A DNA stretch of 64,000 bases from Vicinamibacteria bacterium. Its GTDB lineage: Bacteria > Acidobacteriota > Vicinamibacteria > Marinacidobacterales > Marinacidobacteraceae. Location of the stretch: the NCBI GenBank assembly GCA_963668695.2, contig CAXXLQ010000004.1, positions 1,568,001-1,632,000 of the forward strand, written 5' to 3'. Shown in pieces: positions 29,257-38,662 of the stretch; position 1 is the first letter of the stretch; each line of letters starts with the position of its first letter. A program made the position numbers and the translations under genes. The notes beneath the pieces were generated by a model. The model did no database searches. It was not told where the DNA came from and saw nothing but the letters and a program-made list of their open reading frames with translations.

Positions 29257-29516
29257 CAGAGCGGCGGATGGGTGCGACTACGGCGAGCGGATTCGAGGGC
29301 CTGCTGGAAGTCCCGTTCGCCCCGGCGCAGCAGCTTGACCTCGGAGTCGCTCAGGTGATCGTTGAGGAAGAGCCCCTCAGGCCAGCGGGCCCGTTCCTCG
29401 GCAGTCCGCCGGCACGATTCCACGATCACGCGGTTCCGGCTGATTCCCCGCTCCGCGGCAATCCGGTTCAGGCTGGCAAGCAGCGACTCCGGGAAGTGAA
29501 CGCTCGTGTTTGGCAT
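29256..29516 (-). CDS. Ribbon-helix-helix antitoxin
   Basis: TSVHFPESLLASLNRIAAERGISRNRVI; TGATG overlap with vapC. Confidence 0.85.
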   Translation of the reverse strand: MPNTSVHFPESLLASLNRIAAERGISRNRVIVESCRRTAEERARWPEGLFLNDHLSDSEVKLLRRGERDFQQALESARRSRTHPPL

Positions 29517-29620
29517 GGAACGAATATAGCCTAACATGTTAGGCCTGCCAGCCATCAAGATCGGCCTCGTCCGCCACCAGAAGGATGGGGCCGACCGGTG
29601 CGGGACCGCTCCGTCGCGGG

Positions 29621-31009
29621 CTACCGGATGAGCAGGAGTTGTGTCTGTCTCGGGATCAGTTCTTCGAGTCCTTCGCTGCCGACAACCGCGTTCTCCTCGT
29701 AACGGGCCGACCACTTCTTTCCGTTCCATTCGGAGATGGGCACGCCGACGTGGAACTCCATGGCGACGAACTCCCCTTCCACCAGCGGAAACCGCACCCG
29801 ATCGCCGTAGGCGAACGGTAGATCCGGGGCCACCCGGGCGCCGATGTCGTGAAGGTTGTTGCCGAGAGAGTGTCCATAGAGCGCGATCTCGCGCTCGGGT
29901 CCGATGTTGGAGACGCTCGGGTCCGTGCGGGTGTCCAGGACATAGCCGTCGCGCTGCGCCTCCGCAATGATCTCCTCGTAGATCTCGTGCCCGACGGCGC
30001 CCGGGCGCATCTTGCTCGCGTAGAGCCGTGAGGTCTGGACCACCTCCGCCCAGGCGTCGCGGATGCTTTCGGGCGGCTCGGTCTCTCCCGGGGCCAGCAC
30101 ATAGGCGGTTCGCTTCATGTCGGTGGCGAACTGCACGTAGAAGAGTCCCGCGTCCACCGCCACGATGTCGCCGGGCTGGATGGCGATATCCGGGTCGTGG
30201 CGCGGCATCAAGTCGCCGCCCCGAACCACCCGAACGGTCTGGAAGCTGGTCACGCCGAGTTCGCGGGCGCGGTCCTCGAACCAGCCGGCCATCTCGAGCG
30301 CGGTCGTTTGGCCGGGGACCACGTGAGGTCCGGTGAGGCCCTCGGTCTCCCAGCGGGCGGTCCACGCGACCAGATCCCGGTAGAGCTCCCGCTCCCGCGG
30401 CGTGCGGAGGTTGCGGAAGTCCCGGACCAGGAGTTCGGCGGATACCAGCCGATCGGAATACGGGCTCCCCACCGCCTCCACCAGGAAGTCCTTGAGGGCG
30501 ACCGTGAGTCCGTCGGCCTCCGGGAGCGTTCTCGAGGTATTGATCCCGATGCGTTCGGGGTCCCGGGCGTGGACCGCTTCCCGAAGGTGCGGAGTCAGGC
30601 CCTCCCGGCTGTAGCCGTAGTAGATCTTCTCGTCGTAGACCTGCTCGATCACCGAATCTCCCGGCTGGACGTGGGAGCCGAGGTAGATCTTCTCGGGCGC
30701 CTCCCCTCCGGAGTCGAAGAAGATGTAGGCGGAGCGCACTCCCGCGAAACCACCGCCGATCTCCTCGTGGAGCGGGTCCGGATGGTTCTCCCGATCGAGA
30801 ACGATCCACATGTCGATGCCGTGGGCCCGCATCGCCGGCAGCAGCGCGGTCCGGAGTTTCTCCTCGACGATCGCGCTCTTCACCCGAGCCCGTTCGAGAG
30901 CGCCGGGAATTCCGTACCCGGAGTCGTCCGGAGCGGCTGGCGACGAGGGCGGTGCCGGGGTGCAGTTGGCGGCCAGGAAGCCGAATAGAACGACAGCAGG
31001 GAAGCGCAC
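29621..31009 (-). CDS. M24 peptidase lipoprotein, paralog 3
   Basis: Homologous to paralogs 1 and 2 (HGIDMWIVLDREN, LPEADGLT, GHSLGNNLHDIG, RYEE); GAGG RBS + GTG. Confidence 0.88.
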   Translation of the reverse strand: MRFPAVVLFGFLAANCTPAPPSSPAAPDDSGYGIPGALERARVKSAIVEEKLRTALLPAMRAHGIDMWIVLDRENHPDPLHEEIGGGFAGVRSAYIFFDSGGEAPEKIYLGSHVQPGDSVIEQVYDEKIYYGYSREGLTPHLREAVHARDPERIGINTSRTLPEADGLTVALKDFLVEAVGSPYSDRLVSAELLVRDFRNLRTPRERELYRDLVAWTARWETEGLTGPHVVPGQTTALEMAGWFEDRARELGVTSFQTVRVVRGGDLMPRHDPDIAIQPGDIVAVDAGLFYVQFATDMKRTAYVLAPGETEPPESIRDAWAEVVQTSRLYASKMRPGAVGHEIYEEIIAEAQRDGYVLDTRTDPSVSNIGPEREIALYGHSLGNNLHDIGARVAPDLPFAYGDRVRFPLVEGEFVAMEFHVGVPISEWNGKKWSARYEENAVVGSEGLEELIPRQTQLLLIR

Positions 31010-31084
31010 GCAATTCACCTCGCGGAAAGGGCCGGGGGGCGCCGACAAAGCGCCACCCCAGCCACTGGCAATCAGATCAGACGA

Positions 31085-33967
31085 TCAGAAGCGCAGTTTC
31101 GCGCCGAGGCGGAAGATCCGCGGGGGGACGAAGGCCAGCACCCGCCCGAAGGCGCCGCCGGACAGGCTCTGCGTGTTGGTGATCGTGTTGATGTTGAGCG
31201 CGTTGAAGATGTCGAACTGGAGCGAGACCGTGCCCAGCGAACTGAGGCCCAGGTCGTAGGCGGCCCGCAGGTCCAGCACGTTGGCCGCCTCCCAGTGCTC
31301 CGCGTTGCGCTCGCCGGCGAACGCCCGGACGTTGCCCTGGTTCAGGCTTCGGCCGAGGGCGGCCCTCGAGTTGACCGTGCGGGTGAAGTGGTTGCCGCTG
31401 ATGTACTGATAGAACCCGCTGAGCGTCAGCCCGAAGTCGGCCTGGTAGGTTCCGAGCAGCTTGAACAAGTATGGGGTGGAGTTCGCGACGCGGGTGCCGT
31501 CCACGAGTTCCGGATTGTTCAGGGGGAACTGCGGTTGGCGCCCCAGGCGCCCGCGATCGTCGGGGACGGCGCGGTCCAGGTTTTCGAAGGAGCCGGGCCC
31601 GTAGTTCTCCGACTGCTCGCCGGCGGTGAACGAGCCCATGAACTGCCAGTTGGAGGTCAGTCGGCGGTGCAGGGTGAACTCGAAGCCGAAGTACTGGTGC
31701 TCGAACCCGTCGCGGGTGGTGAGGAAGTTCGGCGACAGACCGGTCTTCGACGCGTCGAGTTCGTAGAAGGTGATCCCGCCGCCGTCGTCGCCGGTCCCGA
31801 GCGTCCCGTCGGGGCCCGGGTCGGTTCCGGTCACCGCGGTGTAGTCGACCGGGGAGATGTCGGGATGGGTGAGCTGGGTGATGTCCCGGTCCCGCCGCCA
31901 CATGAAGGTGGCGCTCGCGGAGACGTTCGCGGCGACCTCGCGGGTGAGCCCGATGGTGAACTCGTCCGTGTAGGACGGGTCGAGGTTCCCGTCAATGGTC
32001 ACCCGATTGGTTCCCGGGTCCAGCGCGCTCAGGACCGCCCCGAGTTCGTCCACGGTGAAGTTCCGGTCGCCGTTCAGATCGTTCCACGCGTGCTTTCGGT
32101 TCCGGTCGCCGGCGACGCTCGCCTGCTGCACCCGATCGAGCCAGAGAACCCAGTAGTAGCGGCCGTAGCTCGACTTGAGGAGCGTCCTCGCGTCGCCGGT
32201 CAGGTCGAAGACCATCCCGAGGCGCGGCGAGATCGTGTTCCAGATGATCAGGTTGCCGGTCCCTTCCTGCGAGACGGAGTCGAGGTACTCGCTGTTCGGC
32301 GCGGTGACCTGGTCGAGGGCGTTCGCCTGCCAGTCCCAACGGGCGCCGAGGTTCAGCCGGAGCTTGTTGTTGACCGCCCAGGAGTCCTGGAGGAAGGCGG
32401 AGCGCTGCGGACCGGTCGCGGCGACCGCGCCGGAGGCCCAGAGGACGACCTCCGAAGGCTCGCCGTTGAAGAAGTGGAGGCGATGGTCGGCCGGATAGGT
32501 GTTCCGGGCCACCCCGCCGCCCTGGTTGCCGAAGGCCCGGATCTGCCCGATCTCGAAGCCTGCCTTGAAGTCGTGGTCGCCTCCCCAGTCGCTCCGGTAC
32601 CAGGAAACGGTGGTGGCCGCGTTCCGGAGGGTCTTGTGCACGCCGAGCTCGTTGGGCGGGGCGTCCGACCACTGGCCGGTGGCCAGGTCGAGCCGGGCGG
32701 GAGTGTTCGCGACATCCACTTCGGGCTGGGCTCTCAGCTCGAAGCCCTGGTCCATGACGTTGGCCTTGAAGGCGACCAGCACGTTCGGACTCGGGGTCCA
32801 GTCATCCCGGAAGGTGAAGAGCCGCGCGATGGGCGCGCCCTGCTGGTTCCAGGTGGTCGCCAACGGCCGCAGCGAACTGAGCGAGCGGTTGAACCGCTTC
32901 TTCTGGGCCATGTTGAAGTAGACGGAGAAGTTGTGGTCCTGGTTGATCGCCCAGTTGATCTTTGCCGACGGGTACCAGAGCACCGTCTCGTCGATCGGGA
33001 AGCTCCCGTCCGGATTCTGGGTGCCGGTCACGAACTTCTGGACGACCTGGTGGCGATGGCCGGCCCACCACCAGAGCTTGTCCTCGATGATCGGACCGCC
33101 GACTTCGAAGCCCAGGTCGAGGTACTGGTTCAGGTTGCTCGCCCGGTCCACTCCGAGGCCCATCAGGTGGCTGTCCACGTTGTTGGACTGCATTCCCTCG
33201 TTCCCGAAGTAGAGACTGGTGGTCCCCCCGAGATTGTTCGATCCGGACTTCGGCACGATGTTCATCACCATGCCGGGCGTCTGCACTTCGGCGCTGTGGG
33301 AGCTGACCTCTACCTGCATCTCCTCGAAGGAGTCCACGTCGAAGTAGAACTGCGAACCGCCGTTCGACTGGTTGTCGGTGACGTTCGCCCCGTTCAGCAC
33401 GTAGATGTTTTGTCCGGGGAACACCCCGTGGCCCCGGAACGAGAGTTGGTTTCCGGTCTCGGTGCCCCCGACGTTGATCCGGTTCGTCGTCACCCCCGGG
33501 ACCTGGGAAATCATCGCCCACGGGTCCCGCGCGTTCGGAACGTTCTCCATCACCTCCTCGGTGAAGTTGAACGCCACGTCCGTCGCCTGGGTCTCGATGA
33601 CGGGCGCCGCGCCGGTCACCGTGACCGTCTCCTCGATGCTCGCGACGGTGAGCTCCGCGTTCAGGGTGAACGTGGTGTCCGTCGAGACCCGGACTCCTTC
33701 AAACACTTGCTCGCCGAAGCCGCTGAGCGCGAAGGAGATCTGGTACACCCCGGGCGGAATGTTCCCGAGGCGAAAGGAGCCGTTTCCGGTGGTCACCGCG
33801 GAACGGGAACCCCCGAGGATGTTGGGCCCGGCGATCGTCACCGCGACCCCCGGAAGGACGCCCGCCGAGGCGTCCGTCACCCGGCCCTGCAGGGCTCCCG
33901 TCTGTTCCTGGGCCAGAACTGAGGAAGAAAGGAGAACAAGGCCGATACCCAAGAACAAACGCCGCAT
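31085..33967 (-). CDS. TonB-dependent receptor with N-terminal CarboxypepD_reg-like domain
   Basis: Signal peptide, GRVTDASAGVLPGV, plug region, LRLNLGARWD, ISPRLG, C-terminal PRIFRLGAKLRF. Confidence 0.92.
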   Translation of the reverse strand: MRRLFLGIGLVLLSSSVLAQEQTGALQGRVTDASAGVLPGVAVTIAGPNILGGSRSAVTTGNGSFRLGNIPPGVYQISFALSGFGEQVFEGVRVSTDTTFTLNAELTVASIEETVTVTGAAPVIETQATDVAFNFTEEVMENVPNARDPWAMISQVPGVTTNRINVGGTETGNQLSFRGHGVFPGQNIYVLNGANVTDNQSNGGSQFYFDVDSFEEMQVEVSSHSAEVQTPGMVMNIVPKSGSNNLGGTTSLYFGNEGMQSNNVDSHLMGLGVDRASNLNQYLDLGFEVGGPIIEDKLWWWAGHRHQVVQKFVTGTQNPDGSFPIDETVLWYPSAKINWAINQDHNFSVYFNMAQKKRFNRSLSSLRPLATTWNQQGAPIARLFTFRDDWTPSPNVLVAFKANVMDQGFELRAQPEVDVANTPARLDLATGQWSDAPPNELGVHKTLRNAATTVSWYRSDWGGDHDFKAGFEIGQIRAFGNQGGGVARNTYPADHRLHFFNGEPSEVVLWASGAVAATGPQRSAFLQDSWAVNNKLRLNLGARWDWQANALDQVTAPNSEYLDSVSQEGTGNLIIWNTISPRLGMVFDLTGDARTLLKSSYGRYYWVLWLDRVQQASVAGDRNRKHAWNDLNGDRNFTVDELGAVLSALDPGTNRVTIDGNLDPSYTDEFTIGLTREVAANVSASATFMWRRDRDITQLTHPDISPVDYTAVTGTDPGPDGTLGTGDDGGGITFYELDASKTGLSPNFLTTRDGFEHQYFGFEFTLHRRLTSNWQFMGSFTAGEQSENYGPGSFENLDRAVPDDRGRLGRQPQFPLNNPELVDGTRVANSTPYLFKLLGTYQADFGLTLSGFYQYISGNHFTRTVNSRAALGRSLNQGNVRAFAGERNAEHWEAANVLDLRAAYDLGLSSLGTVSLQFDIFNALNINTITNTQSLSGGAFGRVLAFVPPRIFRLGAKLRF

Positions 33968-34193
33968 GGAGAACCCCCGCACACTTCGGTGCCGAAACCG
34001 AGAGCCCAGTGGCCCCGGTGCTATCGCTCCGGACCTACGCACGCCGCGGCCACCCTTGGGTGGGCTGGCGGTGTTGCCGGAAACGCATGGATGGCGGGAG
34101 CCGCCAAGTCGGACTCCTTCGGTCGGGTATATCAGATCGGAAGGATGGGCTTCAAATGGGCAAACGTGGCAACCTGACATCTGAACGGGTTAG

Positions 34194-34533
34194 CAGCCTG
34201 TGGCAAAACCCACGCGGCCCAGTTCTCCCGGTGGGGGCTCGGCCGGCGATCCATCCCGGCCAAACAACCGGTGATGAAACCCACGCGGCCCAGTTCTCCC
34301 GGTGGGGGCTCGGCCGGCGATCCATCCCGGCTGACCGCGTCGCTGCGCGCCGCTCATCGTTGCGTTTCGGTCGAAATACACCCGGGCCAGTTCTCCCGGT
34401 GGGGGCTCCTCCCTCACGCGCCTTGTCAGCCGGGCCCCCACCGGGAGGACTGGCCCCACCGGGAGAACTGGGCCTCGCCCCCACCGGGAGAACTGGCCAA
34501 CCTCGGCGCTCACCCGGGTTTCACCACAGGCTG
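34194..34533. mobile_element. MITE-like repeat, copy 4
   Basis: TTAG|CAGCCTGTGGCAAAACCC ... GGGTTTCACCACAGGCTG. Confidence 0.85.
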
Positions 34534-34570
34534 CAGGGAACCCGTTCAGCCGATCTCGCCCCCTCCCGAG

Positions 34571-36034
34571 GTGAATCGTTACGCTGTCTCGATTGTGGCT
34601 GACCCGGTGAGGAACATCGCGACGACTCAACCCGCTGCGGCCGACCCGGAGCCTCGCCTGGAGTTTTTCGGCGGATTGACCGGAGCCTTCCTCCCGCTTC
34701 TGCTCTTCGGAGTCGCGGTGGTGGCGGTGACCCTGACGGGGATGATCACCATTCAGGCGTACCTCGGGCCCCTGGTCGTCATCGTCGGGCTGGTCATCGT
34801 GCTCGCGAAAGATCGGTCCGCCGCGTGCGAAGCCATGATCGCCGGAGTGCGGGACCGCACGCTCATCGTGATGATCTTCGCGTTCTTCGGGGCGGGCGTT
34901 TTGGGCCAGTTGCTGGTCGCCTCCGGCCTGGTCGAGGCGCTGGTGTGGCTCGGGAATTTCGCGGGCGTTCAGGGAACACTCTTCGTTTTGCTCGTTTTCC
35001 TGATCACGGCACTCATCTCCACCGCCATCGGCACCTCGACCGGCACCGTCGTCACCGCCGTTCCCGTTCTCTTTCCGGTCGGGATCGTCCTCGGCGCCCA
35101 CCCGGCGCTGCTGCTGGGCGCCATTTACAGCGGGGCCCGGTTCGGAGACAACCTCTCGCCCATCTCGGACACGACCATCGCGTCGGCATTCACGCAGGGC
35201 GCCGAGGTCGGCGAAGTGGTCGCGAGCCGGGTCAAGTACGCGCTCGTCGCGGGAGGCTTCTCGCTCGCTCTGTATGCGATCGCCGGTGCCGGGCTCGGAA
35301 GCGGCAACTACCAGATCAGCGGCGCCCTGGCGGCGCCGGCCGCTGAGTTTGCGCAACCGAAGGCGCTCTGGATGCTCCTGGCTCCGGCGATGACGATCGT
35401 CCTCTGCGTTCGGGGACGGTCCCTCATCCACGCGCTCTGGTACGGGATTTTCGGCGCGATCCTGATCGGCCTTACCACCGGAACCTTGTCCTTGGCGGCG
35501 CTTTATTCGGTCACGCCGCCGCGAGGGGTCGGGGGGGCGATCACCGAGGGACTCGTCGGCATGCGGGACGTCATCTTCCTGACCATCCTGATCATGGCCA
35601 TATTGGGTGCGCTGCGGCGAGCCGGAGCACTGGAGGAAGCGACTCGCCGCATCTCGGCATTCGCGACCACGGCCCGGCGGGCGGAACTCTCCATTTTCGG
35701 ACTCGTGTCGGTGGCATGTCCGCTCTGCGCCTCGAACACCCCTGCCATGCTGTTCAGCGGTCCGGTGGTCCGAGAGATCGGGGAGCGTTTTCGCCTGCAC
35801 CGCACCCGACGCGCCAACCTGATGGATCTTGCCGGCAACGGCGTCACCGAGAACCTGCCCCACATCAACACCATGCTGGCCCTGGCCGGGGTGATGGTTG
35901 CCGCTCACGAAGCCACCGGCGCGCCGCTCGTGCCCCTCACGACCGTCGGGCTGCTCTCCTTTCACCCGCTGATGCTCTCTATCGTCGCGCTGGTGGCGAT
36001 CGGTACCGGATGGGGATCCAGGACCACCGCGTGA
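34571..36034 (+). CDS. NhaC-family antiporter/amino-acid transporter
   Basis: STAIGTSTGT, GAIYSGARFGDNLSPISDTTIASA. Start approximate. Confidence 0.88.
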   Translation: MNRYAVSIVADPVRNIATTQPAAADPEPRLEFFGGLTGAFLPLLLFGVAVVAVTLTGMITIQAYLGPLVVIVGLVIVLAKDRSAACEAMIAGVRDRTLIVMIFAFFGAGVLGQLLVASGLVEALVWLGNFAGVQGTLFVLLVFLITALISTAIGTSTGTVVTAVPVLFPVGIVLGAHPALLLGAIYSGARFGDNLSPISDTTIASAFTQGAEVGEVVASRVKYALVAGGFSLALYAIAGAGLGSGNYQISGALAAPAAEFAQPKALWMLLAPAMTIVLCVRGRSLIHALWYGIFGAILIGLTTGTLSLAALYSVTPPRGVGGAITEGLVGMRDVIFLTILIMAILGALRRAGALEEATRRISAFATTARRAELSIFGLVSVACPLCASNTPAMLFSGPVVREIGERFRLHRTRRANLMDLAGNGVTENLPHINTMLALAGVMVAAHEATGAPLVPLTTVGLLSFHPLMLSIVALVAIGTGWGSRTTA

Positions 36035-36053
36035 CGTGGTCCACCGGCCGTCA

Positions 36054-37379
36054 ATGACCGGGCGGCGCGGGCGAGAGCACCCGCAGCGGCCACCTCGGCC
36101 ACATCGGCCACATCGAACCGACGCGTTCGGCAACGTCATCGATCCCGTCGTCGGATACGCCCGCGGCGCCATCCTCTCGAGCTCCCACGAAGAGACGCTG
36201 AGGAACGAACGCGCACATGCGCTCATCCGGGCGCGGGTCGAGAAGCTCGGCCCGGAAAGCATCTACGTCTTCACCGGCATGGCCGGTGAGCTATCCCTGG
36301 CCGAGGAGGACCTGGCGACCCTCGCGCGAGAGTCCATCGGGCGGGTGCTCTTTGGCCGGGCGCTCAGGGAGCGGGCCCTTGCTCACTTGGGCGGCGCCGC
36401 GAACGACGGCGTGGCCGTCCTGAATCGAACCTCCGGCGGGATCATTGCCGCCGCCCTGGCGTTTTGCGCGCCTGGCGAGACGCTCATTTCTCTCGTTCCC
36501 GGCGCGATTTCCCACCCGAGCCTGACCCGGGGCGCGGAGCTGGCCGGCGCCTCGCTGCTCGAAGTGAGCGACTTGCGCGGCCTCCAGCGGGGCCTCGAGG
36601 AGACCGAGGGCCGGCTGGTGATCGTTACCGGCGTCACGAGCGAACAGGTCGTCATGCCGGAGGCCGACCTGGTGGAATCCCTGCGCTTGATACGGCGGGC
36701 CGGCCGTATATCTCTCGTGGACGATGCGTACGGCGCCAGGGTCAGAACCGTGCTGTTCGGCCAGCCGGCGGCGAGGTCCGCCGGGGCGGATCTGGCGATC
36801 ACCAGCAATCAGAAAGCCGGCCTGACCGGGCCGACCGCGGGCTTGCTGGTAGGGGATCCTTCCCTCGTGCGGAGGGTATTGTCGGTGGCCGCCCAGCACG
36901 GGCTGGAAGCCCGCGCCGCCATCGCGCTTGGCGTTTTGCGGTCCCTCGAGCGATATACGCCGGCGCGGCTGCTGGCCGACGCCGCGGTCGGCAAGGAATT
37001 GCACGCCGCGATGTCCGCGGCGTTCGGCGCGGATCGGGTTTCACTCACCGCCCTCGGACCCATCATCGAAGAGGACGACATCCTTGGCATTGCGCTCGCC
37101 CGAACCCGAGCCCCGGAGACGTCCGTGTCCATCGTGCCGTCCGAGGCCTCGGCCGGGCTCGGGATGCTGCTGCTGGAACACCACGGGATCCTCACCGTGA
37201 ACGCCGCGGGAACGCCCGGTTCGCGCGTATCCCTGCGGTTGAAGGCGTCGAGCGCTGAAATGGAGCGCGTCGGGAACCCCGGAGCGGTCGTCGCCGCCGT
37301 CCAGGACGCGTTCGAGCGAATCGCTCGGGTCGTTGCGGATGCGGACGCCATGCGGCGTCTCATCCTTCCCGCTGGTTAG
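36054..37379 (+). CDS. Fold-type I PLP enzyme, SelA-like/MJ0158-like family
   Basis: VLNRTSGGI, SHPS, VDDAYGARVR, ITSNQKAGL.GP (PLP Lys). Confidence 0.7.
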   Translation: MTGRRGREHPQRPPRPHRPHRTDAFGNVIDPVVGYARGAILSSSHEETLRNERAHALIRARVEKLGPESIYVFTGMAGELSLAEEDLATLARESIGRVLFGRALRERALAHLGGAANDGVAVLNRTSGGIIAAALAFCAPGETLISLVPGAISHPSLTRGAELAGASLLEVSDLRGLQRGLEETEGRLVIVTGVTSEQVVMPEADLVESLRLIRRAGRISLVDDAYGARVRTVLFGQPAARSAGADLAITSNQKAGLTGPTAGLLVGDPSLVRRVLSVAAQHGLEARAAIALGVLRSLERYTPARLLADAAVGKELHAAMSAAFGADRVSLTALGPIIEEDDILGIALARTRAPETSVSIVPSEASAGLGMLLLEHHGILTVNAAGTPGSRVSLRLKASSAEMERVGNPGAVVAAVQDAFERIARVVADADAMRRLILPAG

Positions 37380-38662
37380 CGCGGCCGCGGAAAGGCGGAC
37401 TGGAGCGTCAGTAAGAAACTCGGGGAAGGTGGGGCGCCGAACTTCTCGGCCGACTCCACGTGTGCCCAGGCGGCGGCGAACTCCCCCTCGGCCGCGAGCA
37501 CGATCGCCAGGTCCCGATGCACGGCGCCGTCCTGTGGACTGCGGTCGAGCACCGCCCGGTAGTGGCGGATGGCTCGGTCGTTGTCGCCCCGGTAGGCGAA
37601 GAGCCCGGCGAGGGTGCGGTGCGCGTCGGCGTCGGCCGGGGCGTGTTCCAGTGCGACCTCAAGCTGGGCTGAGGCCTCGTCCCGTCTCCCCAGCATGAGG
37701 AGCGCATTCCCGAGGTTCACGCGGGCTGCAACATGCCCGGGACGCGCCCCGATCGCCGCTTCATAACGCTCGACGGCCTCTTCGAATTGGCGCGTCCGCA
37801 CGTAGAGGTTGCCGGAGTTGTAGAGAAGGTCGGGATCCCCCGGACTGAGGGCCAGCAGGCGTTCGTATACCGCTTCGGCTTCGGTGATGTCCCCGGCCGC
37901 TTCGGCGCGGAGCGCCTGCTGTTCGTAGCCGCGGTTGGAGACCGCCTCGCTCCAGACCTCGGCGAGGAGCGGGTCGCCCGCCGGGACCGTACCTGGCAAC
38001 TCGCGGGCGGCCGCCGCCGCCCGCCGCGCCGCTTCATCGTCCCCCTGCCGGGTGTAGAGGCGCGCGAGCGCCGCCTGGACCGGCCCGGCCCGCGGTTCGA
38101 GCGCGGCGGCCCGCTCAAGATGTCCACGGGCCGCAGCAAGTTCGCCGCGCTGCGTGAGGAGTTGCCCGATTCCGAGCTCGGCGGCGGCCGAGTCCGGGGC
38201 GGCGTCGAGGGCTCGGCGGTAGCGGTCGAGAGCCAGGTCGGGGCTTCCGGAGCGTTCGAGGAGTTCGGCCGCCAGCAGATGGGCCGGCGGGTAGTCGGGA
38301 TGGAGATGCAGGACACGGTCAACTGCCTCCAGGGCATCGTCCGGACGAACGTTCTTCAGGGCGGTGGCGCGCAGGTACGGCCAGCGGAAGTCCGTCGGGT
38401 CGAGTTCTTCAGCCTGGGAGTAACTTGCCTCCGCCTCTTCTTCCAGGCCGTGCGCCTGAAACGTCTTCCCGAGGGAGCCCCAGGACTCCGCGGAGCCAGG
38501 ATCCTCCGCGACCAGCAGGCGATGCCGGGAGATCTTCTCCTGAACCTGTGGCTCCATGGCCGCGGTCTCCGGGTCCGGAATGCGGACCGGAGATGGCGGC
38601 TGGGCGAGCGCCCAGGAGGCCGCCAGGACGCTCAGGGCGGCGGCCGCAAGTCGGCTCTTCAG
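37376..38662 (-). CDS. Exported tetratricopeptide-repeat protein
   Basis: Many TPRs. A signal-like stretch (KSRLAAAALSVLAASWALA) begins at a CTG overlapping the upstream TGA; first ATG at 38557. Confidence 0.85.
   Translation of the reverse strand: MKSRLAAAALSVLAASWALAQPPSPVRIPDPETAAMEPQVQEKISRHRLLVAEDPGSAESWGSLGKTFQAHGLEEEAEASYSQAEELDPTDFRWPYLRATALKNVRPDDALEAVDRVLHLHPDYPPAHLLAAELLERSGSPDLALDRYRRALDAAPDSAAAELGIGQLLTQRGELAAARGHLERAAALEPRAGPVQAALARLYTRQGDDEAARRAAAAARELPGTVPAGDPLLAEVWSEAVSNRGYEQQALRAEAAGDITEAEAVYERLLALSPGDPDLLYNSGNLYVRTRQFEEAVERYEAAIGARPGHVAARVNLGNALLMLGRRDEASAQLEVALEHAPADADAHRTLAGLFAYRGDNDRAIRHYRAVLDRSPQDGAVHRDLAIVLAAEGEFAAAWAHVESAEKFGAPPSPSFLLTLQSAFPRPR

Noticed and set aside
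31295-33922. Long antisense ORFs (e.g. 875 aa here, 526 aa at 3157)
   Set aside because: High-GC shadow frames opposite well-supported genes.
36054-37379. Canonical selA
   Set aside because: Lacks recognisable bacterial SelA motifs (e.g. INATG..HTNLGR, SGDKLLGGPQ); only family-level resemblance.
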